64,000 nt of DNA from an uncultured Gammaproteobacteria bacterium (GTDB lineage Bacteria > Patescibacteriota > Microgenomatia > CAZETR01). The position numbers were made by a program, and so were the translations under genes. Of the stretch, positions 48,492-58,311 are shown piece after piece. The stretch spans positions 1,954 to 65,953 of the forward strand of contig CAZETR010000033.1 of NCBI GenBank assembly GCA_964514545.1. The letters run 5' to 3'. The notes under the pieces were generated by a model. The model was not told where the DNA came from. It was given only the letters and a program-made list of their open reading frames with translations, and did no database searches. Numbering within the stretch: the first letter of the stretch is position 1; every line of letters starts with the position of its first letter.

Positions 48492-49370
48492 CTAAAACTG
48501 TAGAATAAATAGGTTTCCTGAAGGTACCCCAACAGTCTTTTCACCCTGCTTTGCATACCTTACAACAGGCATTCTAGTCGGTTCCCGCAGATCTTTAAAC
48601 AAAAAACTAAAGAAGTCATCTATCCCGCCCTGGTCTGCCACCCCAGCATCCAAATCCTCTATCGCTCGAGCTAGTCCATTGGCAAAAACTCTGTTGGAAT
48701 GTAACTTCCAGGCCATAGAATTTACGAACCGAACATCGGCTAGCCTGGGAATTTGATATTTAACTAACTCTTGGGGACGAGCCACAATTGCCGCCACTTT
48801 TAGCGAAGTCACTACTCCCGTTATTAAATCCTGGGACCTCACCACGTCTCCCTCTTCGGTTGTTACTACTCGAGCAGATTCGACTCTTTTTTCCGCTCCC
48901 ATTAACATTCCCATAAATAGCAATTCCTCGAGATCATTCCAGTGATAATTTACCGGCTCCGGCCACTCCCAAGCTCCATTCTGCAAATATACTGGAGCTT
49001 CCATCGACTGGTTTACACAACCACGGTAGACAAAATAAGCTGCCCTTAGAACTCTTAAAGCAATTTTATCCAACCCTGATGATCTGTGATGTTCCTCCAC
49101 TGCATCCAAGAGCTTTAGCGGCAAAAGTCTGACTGGAACATAATCGTTAACAAAAAGAAGGCGTCTCTCTTTATCGCCCTTCTTGCCATCTAGCCCCACG
49201 TCGATTAACTCCTCTACGCTAAACTCCCCTCCAGACTCCAATAGCTCTTCCCGAGAGGACCAACGTACTAAATCAAGAAACCTCATAATACTAATAGTAA
49301 GATGCCTTTTATCACAGCAAAAAGGACTTGTCAAACAAATCAATTGCAAACAAGAGACCCTATAGTACAA
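48492..49370 (-). CDS. hypothetical protein
   Basis: ORF only (likely start at internal MRFLDL…). Confidence 0.3.
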   Translation of the reverse strand: MYYRVSCLQLICLTSPFCCDKRHLTISIMRFLDLVRWSSREELLESGGEFSVEELIDVGLDGKKGDKERRLLFVNDYVPVRLLPLKLLDAVEEHHRSSGLDKIALRVLRAAYFVYRGCVNQSMEAPVYLQNGAWEWPEPVNYHWNDLEELLFMGMLMGAEKRVESARVVTTEEGDVVRSQDLITGVVTSLKVAAIVARPQELVKYQIPRLADVRFVNSMAWKLHSNRVFANGLARAIEDLDAGVADQGGIDDFFSFLFKDLREPTRMPVVRYAKQGEKTVGVPSGNLFILQF

Positions 49371-49373
49371 AGG

Positions 49374-49610
49374 TTATAAACTTTCTACGAGCTTCCCTCT
49401 ACCCCATGTCAATCTGATATCATCCGTAATACTAAACGTCCAGCTACCCTCTAGTTTCTTGTGTAACTCATGGTTGTCTAACCTGGTGTCATTCGTATTT
49501 CTTCTAAACCACAACACCCGTTGCTCGACGACCTCTTTTAATTCGGGAGAGTCCTGGAGCAGAATTTTTAGATTGCCCTGATACTTTTTGGCGTACTTTA
49601 CTTTTAACAT
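49374..49610 (-). CDS. RelE/ParE (YoeB-like) type II toxin
   Basis: 'MLKVKYAKKYQGNLKIL…' N-terminus and '…NHELHKKLEGSWTFSITDDIRLTW' C-terminal toxin motif. Confidence 0.6.
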   Translation of the reverse strand: MLKVKYAKKYQGNLKILLQDSPELKEVVEQRVLWFRRNTNDTRLDNHELHKKLEGSWTFSITDDIRLTWGRGKLVESL

Positions 49611-49884
49611 TCTCGGGGAAAGGGTGACTCAAAACAAAATCAGTGAAAGAACCCTTACCGTCCCATTCTACGACATTACCAGCTGCCGCCTCCTGCTCTG
49701 AACGCAACACCTCTTCTTCAAATTCTGGGGTAAATCCGTTTCGAGTTAACCTATCATCCAGCCACCACCGCAAAGCATCACGGATAAGTTCGCTGACACC
49801 CGTATAATGATATCTCTTAGCCCGCTTCTTTGCCTGGTCATACAAACCCCTGGGCATGGAAATATTTACGGTTATCGTATCCAT
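49504..49884 (-). CDS. ribbon-helix-helix (ParD/CopG-like) antitoxin, 3' end overlaps toxin by 107 nt (possible indel/extension)
   Basis: N-terminal 'TITVNISMPRGLYDQAKKRAKRYHYTGVSELIRDALRWWL' RHH signature; directly upstream of toxin. Confidence 0.55.
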   Translation of the reverse strand: MDTITVNISMPRGLYDQAKKRAKRYHYTGVSELIRDALRWWLDDRLTRNGFTPEFEEEVLRSEQEAAAGNVVEWDGKGSFTDFVLSHPFPENVKSKVRQKVSGQSKNSAPGLSRIKRGRRATGVVV

Positions 49885-49974
49885 ACAAACATTGTATGGT
49901 ACGCCTCAACAAAAATCAACAAGCAACAGACTATAAAACCAGAGCAGCAATTTAAGCCAAATTCCAAGCGGAAC

Positions 49975-50304
49975 TTATGAAACTCGATCCCGGCTCCTAG
50001 CTAGCCAAAACGAGTCACCGCTATCACCGAGACTTGCCAGGTAATCGGCCACTTCAACGGCTTGTTCTTCAGTCCCCAATATGTAAATATCTGTCCTTTC
50101 CCATGGAGCCAATGGCGTATCACGCTCTGTCACGCAAACTATATCCTGTCCGGAAACACCAGCTGAATCATGAAGTTCCGGAACCATGGTCTTCAACAAC
50201 TCAAACACATCGTCGACTGGTCTCCCGACAGTATAAGCGACAAACCCCCGCCACTCTTCCTCCGAAGGTGGCGTGCGGACTAAACCCTTCACCGACTGCC
50301 ACAA
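49975..50304 (-). CDS. hypothetical protein (possibly 5'-truncated / frameshifted with ORF 50201-50407)
   Basis: Two overlapping minus-strand ORFs in different frames. Confidence 0.25.
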   Translation of the reverse strand: MWQSVKGLVRTPPSEEEWRGFVAYTVGRPVDDVFELLKTMVPELHDSAGVSGQDIVCVTERDTPLAPWERTDIYILGTEEQAVEVADYLASLGDSGDSFWLARSRDRVS

Positions 50305-50495
50305 GAACTCTCTCTTCCTCTAATTTCTTTAAAGACGAAACAACCGCTAGATATCGCTCTCCCATCCCTTGATTTGAGCCAATCTCCACTTCAATCTCTG
50401 TTGTCATAAACCCATCATACTCCTTGATGTCAAGAAACCTAATCTGACCCTTTCCATTTAAGAAAGTTTCCCTGCGCGATTAGTTTTCCAAACCG

Positions 50496-51692
50496 CTACG
50501 AACTTATCCTAGGTCTTCCTTCTACGGTCACATACGGAAAGGGTATCCCTTGCTCCTCAGCCTTGCTCGAAACAGACCGAAAAAACTCTTCACTCAAAAC
50601 CCGTCTCTCCCCATCTAATTTTTGGTTCACCCAGTCAAGATAGGCTTTGCAATCTCTCACTTGGCTAACAATTTCAGGACCTGCTAAAATCCTCGCGCTT
50701 TCTATTTCCGTGCGAATAAAATCAAGAATCCCCAGGGTTGATGCAATCTTTCCTTTCCATTTGTCCGTTTCTGCTTCAAGTAACTCTTCAGCCAAAATCA
50801 CATTTAATTCACCCGGGGACGTTGTAAAACCGCTTCGTGCAGCTTTAACAACCGATCTGCCCGCCCTAGAATGGAATCCGCTTGGGTCAAGATCATAGCC
50901 ATATCTACTTCCCAAATCATCCATTTCTAGTTGATACTTCCTCGCTCTTAATATCATTTTGTCTCTCTCGAGAAGCACGGGGCTCTCGAATCTCCCAATT
51001 TGGCCTTCTGAATTCAAGTTCCCAAGCCGCAGGCCCATCTCCTTCGCCAAAAGCACCCACTTCGTGGCTGGAAAAGTCATCTCCGGACTCCGACGACTTG
51101 CTACAACGATGGAACCAACTGCCTCATTTTGAAAAACAACGTAAGACCCAAGAGGGTCTACGTCGCACTCCACCAGACCTGAAATAATTTTTAACAATGG
51201 CATTTCTGTAGTCTCTCGAAGAACCGAGTCCAATGGAAGCCTCCTGTTAATAGTCAAAACCTGCGCATCAGATGTCTCAGCCTTCAATGAGCCCCTTAAA
51301 CGATCCACAAATCTCGAAAACTCCTTGTTAGTGTTAGGAAGAGAATCAGCAAGAAGTCGGTCGAAATCGGCATACAGCACGAGGTCAGTCCCCATTTTAC
51401 CAGCCTCAACAATTGCTCTTAGATGATTGTTCTCGACAGAATTTGAAGACAATTGCTCTCCACTATTCTCAAACACTACTCTAATACCAGCCTTCTCCAA
51501 TACCTGAACTATCCAATCCCTACCCTCCATTGCCAAACTTAAACTCACTACAAAACCATCAAAGTGAGAAGCTAACTTGCGAAATGGGTTATTACCCTGA
51601 AAAAAAGCGCCTATCCACTCACCTTTCGGATCATGAAAAGTGGCCCCTAGCGCAATCGATGGACTCCTTTTACCCATAGCTATATATACCAT
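50496..51692 (-). CDS. hypothetical protein (398 aa)
   Basis: ORF only. Confidence 0.35.
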   Translation of the reverse strand: MVYIAMGKRSPSIALGATFHDPKGEWIGAFFQGNNPFRKLASHFDGFVVSLSLAMEGRDWIVQVLEKAGIRVVFENSGEQLSSNSVENNHLRAIVEAGKMGTDLVLYADFDRLLADSLPNTNKEFSRFVDRLRGSLKAETSDAQVLTINRRLPLDSVLRETTEMPLLKIISGLVECDVDPLGSYVVFQNEAVGSIVVASRRSPEMTFPATKWVLLAKEMGLRLGNLNSEGQIGRFESPVLLERDKMILRARKYQLEMDDLGSRYGYDLDPSGFHSRAGRSVVKAARSGFTTSPGELNVILAEELLEAETDKWKGKIASTLGILDFIRTEIESARILAGPEIVSQVRDCKAYLDWVNQKLDGERRVLSEEFFRSVSSKAEEQGIPFPYVTVEGRPRISS

Positions 51693-51740
51693 GCCAACAA
51701 GTAATATTCAAAAAGGGGGATACCGCTTTACTTCGTCAAC

Positions 51741-52163
51741 TTAACTCACGTTCAGGAAAATGTGCCTATGGGAAGGAATTAATTTGTCCGGCGGCTTGAA
51801 TAAAAACTTTCGTTCAGCATTTTCTTTAATTGCCTCACGGTTCACCATAACAGAATAAACGATGTGAACCACATGCCCCCGAGATTCTTTTAGATCCTCA
51901 TCTAGGCGCAAAAATCTTGGGCTCTTCCCGTTAGTTTCCAGACCGACCTCTTCTCTCGCAATTCTTTCTATACATTCATGGACAGCTTCACCAACCAATA
52001 AAAACCCTCCCGGAATATGCCAATATCCGAGATAAGGTTCGCTCTGCCTAATAAAATACAGCACCGCCCCGTCTTCGTTCTTGATCCACAAATCAATAGC
52101 AATTCTGGGAGCCAGCTTAAAAGATCTTAAAAACTCCTTCATTGATAGTTTCTTTGGAATCAT
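51741..52163 (-). CDS. NUDIX hydrolase
   Basis: Nudix box 'GGFLLVGEAVHECIERIAREEVGLE'. Confidence 0.7.
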   Translation of the reverse strand: MIPKKLSMKEFLRSFKLAPRIAIDLWIKNEDGAVLYFIRQSEPYLGYWHIPGGFLLVGEAVHECIERIAREEVGLETNGKSPRFLRLDEDLKESRGHVVHIVYSVMVNREAIKENAERKFLFKPPDKLIPSHRHIFLNVS

Positions 52164-54322
52164 GTTTGTTTCGGTTTAGCCGCGCCCTCCGTAGCCCTTG
52201 GCGTTGGGCGGGTCCAACTGGCAAAATCGCACTTGGGGTAGCTGGAGCAGCCGTAAAACGACTTGCCTGTGCGGGTTTTCTTAATGATTATATCCCCTCC
52301 GTCCTTGGGGCACTTCACTCCCTCGACGACCTGCACATAATTGGCCTTGTATTTACACTCCGGAAAACGGGAGCAGGAGAGGAATTTGCCAAACTTGCCC
52401 AACCTGATAACGATATCCCCGACCTTGCAATCCGGGCACTTCTCCCCTGTGGCTTCAGTTTCTACCGCAACTCTCTCGGCCACCTCCCCGACCGCCGTCA
52501 ATTTCTCGGAAAACGGAATATAAAACTCCTTTATTACCTTCTCCCAATCTAAGTTCCCGTTGGCAATTGAATCCAGCTCGTCCTCCATCTTGGCCGTAAA
52601 CTGATAATCAACAATATTGGGGAAATACTCGACTAAAAAGTCATTCACCGCAAATCCCAGCACTGTAGGTTTAAGTCTCCTGGCCTCCCGTTCCACATAT
52701 TGCCTGTCGACAATGGTCGTAATGGTCGGGGCGTATGTAGAAGGCCTACCGATCCCCAGCTCCTCGAGAGCTTTGATCAGTGAAGCTTCATTAAACCGTG
52801 CCGGCGGTTGGGTAAACTTCTGTTCGCTTTTAATCTCGCTTTTATTCAGCTCCTCGCCCTGGATTAGTTCAGGCAACCGTTGGTCGTCTACTGTGTTTTC
52901 GTCAATACCGTTTTGATCATTTAAGTTTCGGACTTTATTGGGATTTGAGATTTGGAATTTGGGATTTGTTTGATACAGTCGGCTCCACCCGGCAAACTTC
53001 ATTACCTCTCCCTTGGTTTCGAGGATATACACATGTTTCGCCCCCTCGGCACTTACCCGAACCGTTGTCTGATCAACAACGGCCTCCGCCATTTGGGTTG
53101 CCATAAATCTATTCCAAATTAGTTCGTAGAGCTTCCGGCCTTCATGCTCAACGTTTATTCTGGCAGGATCTGTGGGCCTAATAGCCTCATGCGCCTCCTG
53201 GGCAACTTTGGATTTAGTCTTGTAAAATCTGGGCGCGGAAAGAGCGTATTCCGGACCAAACTCCTTTTCAATTACAACCTTTGCGGCCGTAACCGCCTCC
53301 ATCGCCATATTCGTCGAATCCGTGCGATGATAGGTAATCAGTCCCTCTTCATATAAAGACTGGGCTATCTGCATTATCCTTTTAGCCGTCATTCCCATTT
53401 TGTTTGAAGCAATTTGCTGGAGGGTTGATGTCGTAAACGGCGGCGGCGGAGTTCGCCTGAGCTCCTTTTTCTCAATCGCTACAACCTGATACCCCGCCTC
53501 TTCCAACTCAGATACCGCATCCTGAGCCTCTGCCCCGTTTGTAATTTTTATTTTCGCCCCGTCTCTTTCAACCAAGGTAACCCAAAACATTTCGAGATTT
53601 GACATTTGAGATTTGTCATTTGTCATTCGCGCAAGCAACGCTTGAATCGCCCAGTATTCCTCAGGTACAAACTTCTCTATCTCCCTCTCCTTCTCCACAA
53701 TCAACCGCACTGCGACCGACTGCACCCGACCCGCGGAAAGTCCCCGCCTGACCTTGCGCCACAGAAGAGGCGAAAGCTTATAGCCCACCAGCCGATCCAA
53801 AGCTCTTCTGGCCTGCTGAGCGTTAACCAGGGGCATATCGATAGTTCGCGGATGTTTAAAAGACTCCAAAATTGCGTGCTCGGTAATCTCATGAAACACA
53901 ATCCTACTAAATAAGGATTGAGGATTGAGAATTGAGAATTGACGATGAGGTTTGAGATTTGAAGTTAGAGGACCGACATCTGACTTCGACAATCTACCCT
54001 CAGGATCAGTCTTCTTCCTTCGATCTTCGGTCTTCAGTAATTGCGAAATGTGCCATGCAATGGCCTCTCCCTCCCGATCAGGGTCCGTCGCCAAAAATAT
54101 TGCAGCTGATTCTTTGGCAATTTTCTTTAATTCATTAACCCTCTCATCTTTTTTCTCAATTACCACATAGTCCATCTTTACCCCCCCGTTCACACTTACC
54201 CCAATCTTCTTCTTCGGCAAATCCCGAACATGTCCCATGGTCGCCTCCACCCGGAAAGTTGCATCCAGGTACTTTGACAGCGTGCGAGCTTTAGTTGGAC
54301 TTTCAACAATAACTAAATTCAT
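52160..54322 (-). CDS. topA: DNA topoisomerase I with C-terminal zinc ribbons
   Basis: Toprim N-terminus (MNLVIVESPTKA), active-site region 'GLITYHRTDS', C4 zinc ribbons; contains several repeat-derived in-frame insertions. Confidence 0.9.
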   Translation of the reverse strand: MNLVIVESPTKARTLSKYLDATFRVEATMGHVRDLPKKKIGVSVNGGVKMDYVVIEKKDERVNELKKIAKESAAIFLATDPDREGEAIAWHISQLLKTEDRRKKTDPEGRLSKSDVGPLTSNLKPHRQFSILNPQSLFSRIVFHEITEHAILESFKHPRTIDMPLVNAQQARRALDRLVGYKLSPLLWRKVRRGLSAGRVQSVAVRLIVEKEREIEKFVPEEYWAIQALLARMTNDKSQMSNLEMFWVTLVERDGAKIKITNGAEAQDAVSELEEAGYQVVAIEKKELRRTPPPPFTTSTLQQIASNKMGMTAKRIMQIAQSLYEEGLITYHRTDSTNMAMEAVTAAKVVIEKEFGPEYALSAPRFYKTKSKVAQEAHEAIRPTDPARINVEHEGRKLYELIWNRFMATQMAEAVVDQTTVRVSAEGAKHVYILETKGEVMKFAGWSRLYQTNPKFQISNPNKVRNLNDQNGIDENTVDDQRLPELIQGEELNKSEIKSEQKFTQPPARFNEASLIKALEELGIGRPSTYAPTITTIVDRQYVEREARRLKPTVLGFAVNDFLVEYFPNIVDYQFTAKMEDELDSIANGNLDWEKVIKEFYIPFSEKLTAVGEVAERVAVETEATGEKCPDCKVGDIVIRLGKFGKFLSCSRFPECKYKANYVQVVEGVKCPKDGGDIIIKKTRTGKSFYGCSSYPKCDFASWTRPTPRATEGAAKPKQT

Positions 54323-54327
54323 AACTT

Positions 54328-55236
54328 TTACCGAATTGAGTATTTATCATCCAGCTTAATAATTTTGTTTGCAAGCTCTAGTATTGTAACCGTCGCCGTC
54401 AAATCTGCAGTACTTAAACCCGTTTCCCTAACCAAAGAGTCCAAGTCTTTTCCCTCATTTAAAATCGCCGCTAAAATCTTTACCTGCATCTCATTTTCGC
54501 CTAAACTTCGGACCTCCTCAAGAGTCAAATATTTACCATTCTCCCGATCAACTTTAATACCCAATACATCAAAAATATCATCTACTTGAGAGACAACTCG
54601 AGCTCCATTTTTTATTAAATAATTCACCCCCTCGGAAAGGGAACTGGTTACCGGGCCGGGAACTGCCATTACCTCGCGACCGTACTCCGCAGCAAACCCC
54701 GCAGTAATCAAACTACCGCTATTTGCCGCGGCCTCAGTGACTAATACCGCCTGACTCATCCCGGCCACAATTCGATTTCTTTGCGGAAACGTCCAATCCT
54801 GGGGAACAACCCCCGTATCATACTCCGCCAGAATCACTCCTCCTTCCAAGACCCGATTCGCGGTATTTTCGCGGCTGGTTCCAAAGATAGTATCCAGCCC
54901 GCCGGCCCAAACTCCAACAGTAAAACCGCCCGAGTCAACTGCCGCCCGATGAGCCACTTCATCGACTCCATACATCAAACCCGAGACAATTGTAACCCCA
55001 AACGCACACAATTTACTAACCAAATCCACAGTCACTTGCCTGCCGTAAGAAGTAATTTGCCTCGTACCGACAACAGCCAACACCCGCCCGCTCGCAAGTT
55101 GACCAAAACGCTCTATATTCGATTCGCTCCCCAGTAGATAAAACTTCACCGGCCTGTCCCTTACCTCGAGTAAGAGCGGAGGGTACAAGTTGTCATTAGG
55201 TACTACTTCGACCATCTGGAAATTTCTAGGAATCAT
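54328..55236 (-). CDS. dprA: DNA processing protein DprA (Smf)
   Basis: Rossmann-like DprA core 'SGLMYGVDEVAHRAAV…GGLD'. Confidence 0.85.
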   Translation of the reverse strand: MIPRNFQMVEVVPNDNLYPPLLLEVRDRPVKFYLLGSESNIERFGQLASGRVLAVVGTRQITSYGRQVTVDLVSKLCAFGVTIVSGLMYGVDEVAHRAAVDSGGFTVGVWAGGLDTIFGTSRENTANRVLEGGVILAEYDTGVVPQDWTFPQRNRIVAGMSQAVLVTEAAANSGSLITAGFAAEYGREVMAVPGPVTSSLSEGVNYLIKNGARVVSQVDDIFDVLGIKVDRENGKYLTLEEVRSLGENEMQVKILAAILNEGKDLDSLVRETGLSTADLTATVTILELANKIIKLDDKYSIR

Positions 55237-55311
55237 GAATGCTATTAGTCAAATTAGTCTAATTGGAACTATTGGTCAAATTTGTAGTATTTGTCGGATT
55301 TGTCTGATTAC

Positions 55312-57114
55312 TTATTCCCCCACCCCGCTTAACGTCGAATAGTTATAATTATCCTCAACCCCAAAGTACGCTGCCAGCACTCGGCGCGCCACCGGCGCCG
55401 CCACTTTGGATCCTTCCCCGGCTCCTTCAACCAAAACCGTGATAGACACCGGGCCACGCCCATGTTCTGCCGCAACTTGCTTCTCCACAAACGCCGTCAG
55501 CCAAGCGTGCGTCCTGTTTTTCACCTCTCCGTACTCGGCCGTCCCGGTCTTACAAGCTATCGCAATTCTTTCCTTTTGGCTGGGAAACTCAAACAGCGGG
55601 AAAGCAGTTCCCCCCGTCTCGCACGCTCCGTACATGCCTGATTTTACCAGATCTAGATTTTCGCGGGAGATAGCCAGCTCCTGACACGAGGAAGCTTTGT
55701 CGCCCTGATTATTTACAATTTTCGGCCTGCACAATTTGCCCCCTGTTGCAATTACCCCAGTCATCCGATTGATCTGCAAAGGGGTCGTCAACAAATTTCC
55801 CTGACCTATAGCCATAATTACCGAATCTCCCAGAAACCAATTTTCCCCCCTTTCCCTCTGTTTCCAGATTGGATCCGGAACTAGTCCCGCGGCCTCCCCC
55901 GGCAAGTCAATCCGCGTCTCCCTGCCCAGACCGAACTTTCTGGACCAGTCGGCTAATCTATCCACCCCCAACAATTCACCCAACCGATAGAAAAACGTGT
56001 CCGTGGATCTGGTTATAGCCCTCACAACGCCGATCTGCCCCTCGGTTCGGCCATATTGAGTAAAATACCAGTTGGAGAATCTCTGTTGTAAAGTGCCCAA
56101 AGTAACAAATCCCTTATCATCAAATCTGTAATCCCTATCTATTACTTTGCTCTCCAAACCGGCAATCGCCGAGACAATTTTAAAAGTCGACCCCGGCGGA
56201 TAGGTACCCGCAATTGCGCGATTAAACAAAGGGCGGTCAGGATCAGCAAAAACCTGCTGTAACTTTTCTGTGCCTCTTGCGTCTGTTACCTCACGCGAGA
56301 AATCAAACTGATCCGGATCAAAGCCCGGCGAGGAGACCAGAGCCAAAATAGCTCCGTTTTCGGGATTTTCTACCACCACCGCCCCTTTTCGCCCAGACAG
56401 AGCCGCCATCGCCGCCTCCTGAAGATTAAAATCTAGAGACAACACCAAATCCTTTCCGTCAACCGGGTCGCGTTTACCCACCTCACGAACCACCAATCCT
56501 GTCGTATCCACCTCAAGTAATCTGGCCCCATCCTGCCCCCTTAAAAGCCGATCATACTCCTCCTCTATTCCGCCGCGCCCGACAATATCCCCGGGAGTAA
56601 ATCCTCCCGACTTCACCTCCTCGCTCGCTACCTCACCCAAATAACCCAACAGGTGAGACGTGGCCAAACCCCCGGTATATTCCCGGCCAATCTCCTCAAC
56701 TAGCTCCAAATCCGCTCCCTGAGCCATCCGTCCCAACGCCTCCTGCCTGGTAATTGTCCTGAATCGATTGCCTTCGTTTGCCCCACCCGGTTTACTGGAA
56801 ATTATAATCCTGTAAACGGGTTTATTTAACGCCAGGGGGTTTCTATCCTTATCAAAGATAACACCGCGGGCCGCCTTTATTGGCACGACCCGAAGTCGGT
56901 TCTCCTCTGACATTCTTCTATAAGTCGGGCCAAACAATACCATGAGCCAAATAAGCCTGACTAAAACAACGCTAAGCCCGGAAAAAAGCAAAATAAGAAA
57001 TATCGCCTGCGTCCACCCCCGTCCAGACAACTTGACCTCCCCCTTTTTCCCACCCGAGGGCCCCAATCCGGAGGTCAGCTGATCACTAAAACCAAGCCCG
57101 AGCTTATCGGGCAT
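55312..57114 (-). CDS. mrdA: penicillin-binding protein 2 (elongasome transpeptidase)
   Basis: N-terminal TM, dimerisation domain, transpeptidase motifs 'STFK', 'SxN', 'KTGTA'. Confidence 0.85.
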   Translation of the reverse strand: MPDKLGLGFSDQLTSGLGPSGGKKGEVKLSGRGWTQAIFLILLFSGLSVVLVRLIWLMVLFGPTYRRMSEENRLRVVPIKAARGVIFDKDRNPLALNKPVYRIIISSKPGGANEGNRFRTITRQEALGRMAQGADLELVEEIGREYTGGLATSHLLGYLGEVASEEVKSGGFTPGDIVGRGGIEEEYDRLLRGQDGARLLEVDTTGLVVREVGKRDPVDGKDLVLSLDFNLQEAAMAALSGRKGAVVVENPENGAILALVSSPGFDPDQFDFSREVTDARGTEKLQQVFADPDRPLFNRAIAGTYPPGSTFKIVSAIAGLESKVIDRDYRFDDKGFVTLGTLQQRFSNWYFTQYGRTEGQIGVVRAITRSTDTFFYRLGELLGVDRLADWSRKFGLGRETRIDLPGEAAGLVPDPIWKQRERGENWFLGDSVIMAIGQGNLLTTPLQINRMTGVIATGGKLCRPKIVNNQGDKASSCQELAISRENLDLVKSGMYGACETGGTAFPLFEFPSQKERIAIACKTGTAEYGEVKNRTHAWLTAFVEKQVAAEHGRGPVSITVLVEGAGEGSKVAAPVARRVLAAYFGVEDNYNYSTLSGVGE

Positions 57115-57478
57115 TTAAACTCCTTACCACAGAAATAAATATTGCCAAAAATAACATCTGTCCCAAATTTAAATGCGAAACAGTTATTGAGTAAGCCCAA
57201 ATTACCCCAATTCCAAAAAGGGCAAAACCCCACCAGGAATCCAATGATAGACGCCGATTGATTAAAAAAAACAAGCCCGTGAACCCTAAGAAAAATAGGG
57301 AGCTAGTCCAATACGCGCTCCCCAAGAATAAATCCCTCAGGATTCCCAGAAAAAAAGCCATCCGGATAAGGCGAAACGTCGGTTCCCGTCGGGACAACAG
57401 CATTAGAACCGCCAAGGCTCCGGGTATACGAAAGCTAACTTCCACCACTAAACCCATAAGGGCGAGAATCAAAACCAT
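57104..57478 (-). CDS. mreD: rod shape-determining protein MreD (putative)
   Basis: Small polytopic membrane protein between mreC and mrdA. Confidence 0.45.
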   Translation of the reverse strand: MVLILALMGLVVEVSFRIPGALAVLMLLSRREPTFRLIRMAFFLGILRDLFLGSAYWTSSLFFLGFTGLFFLINRRLSLDSWWGFALFGIGVIWAYSITVSHLNLGQMLFLAIFISVVRSLNAR

Positions 57479-57480
57479 AT

Positions 57481-58245
57481 CTAAATGATAATAAAAACTG
57501 GCTGAGGAAATGCCAAATCACTCGCTAACTTAACATCTCCCTCCTGATAAATCCCGCCGGGTCCCTGAAATACCCGACCGAGATTTCCAATCAAAAGTCC
57601 GGACGGCTCGCCGGATATTCCGGCTGAAACAATCAAATCACCTTCCGCTATTTTGTCTTTGCGCAAAACCTTAATAAGACGAGCTTGTCCCGCAAGTCCG
57701 GTTAAAAGCCCGTCCGCCCTCCGCCCTCCGCTTATTGCACCACGAACCAGCACCGCCAGACGAAATTGAGCACTTGTCGGCATAGCAACCCGCGCCGAAT
57801 GGTCAAAAACCCCTACTACCCTCCCCACGATCAGATTTTCCCGAACTACGACCTGGCCGACGGCCACTTGATCATTGGAACCTTTGTCGATCCAGGCCAC
57901 GCCGGTCGCTTCCCCCACAATCTGCGCCAGCACCTTTTGCCGGGATACGGTCTCCGTAATTTTTTGCTGGGCCAAAAGCAACTTGTTGTCTTCCGTCAGC
58001 TTTCCGATCTGCGCAATTTGCGCCCTAGCTCGTGCCAAATCCAAACGTAATTGCGAAATCTCCGCATCGCGTCTCGTCAGCTGGACTCTTGCTCCCCAAA
58101 TTATTTTTCTGACTGGCAATGTCAAACTATCGGCTATGTTAGTAAAAATCTCCAAATTTGGCCCGGCGAGCACAAGCACAAGACTCACAACCGCAAGTAT
58201 TCCCAAAAGCTTGTAATCTTTCATTCGACTTGGATCGTCGTTCAT
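57481..58245 (-). CDS. mreC: rod shape-determining protein MreC
   Basis: N-terminal TM, coiled coil, β-rich C-domain; mreBCD synteny. Confidence 0.7.
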   Translation of the reverse strand: MNDDPSRMKDYKLLGILAVVSLVLVLAGPNLEIFTNIADSLTLPVRKIIWGARVQLTRRDAEISQLRLDLARARAQIAQIGKLTEDNKLLLAQQKITETVSRQKVLAQIVGEATGVAWIDKGSNDQVAVGQVVVRENLIVGRVVGVFDHSARVAMPTSAQFRLAVLVRGAISGGRRADGLLTGLAGQARLIKVLRKDKIAEGDLIVSAGISGEPSGLLIGNLGRVFQGPGGIYQEGDVKLASDLAFPQPVFIII

Positions 58246-58311
58246 TTGGCTAATTGGTCAAACTGGCAGGATTAGACTGATTTGGCATTTGAAATTATCT
58301 GATTGGTTGAT

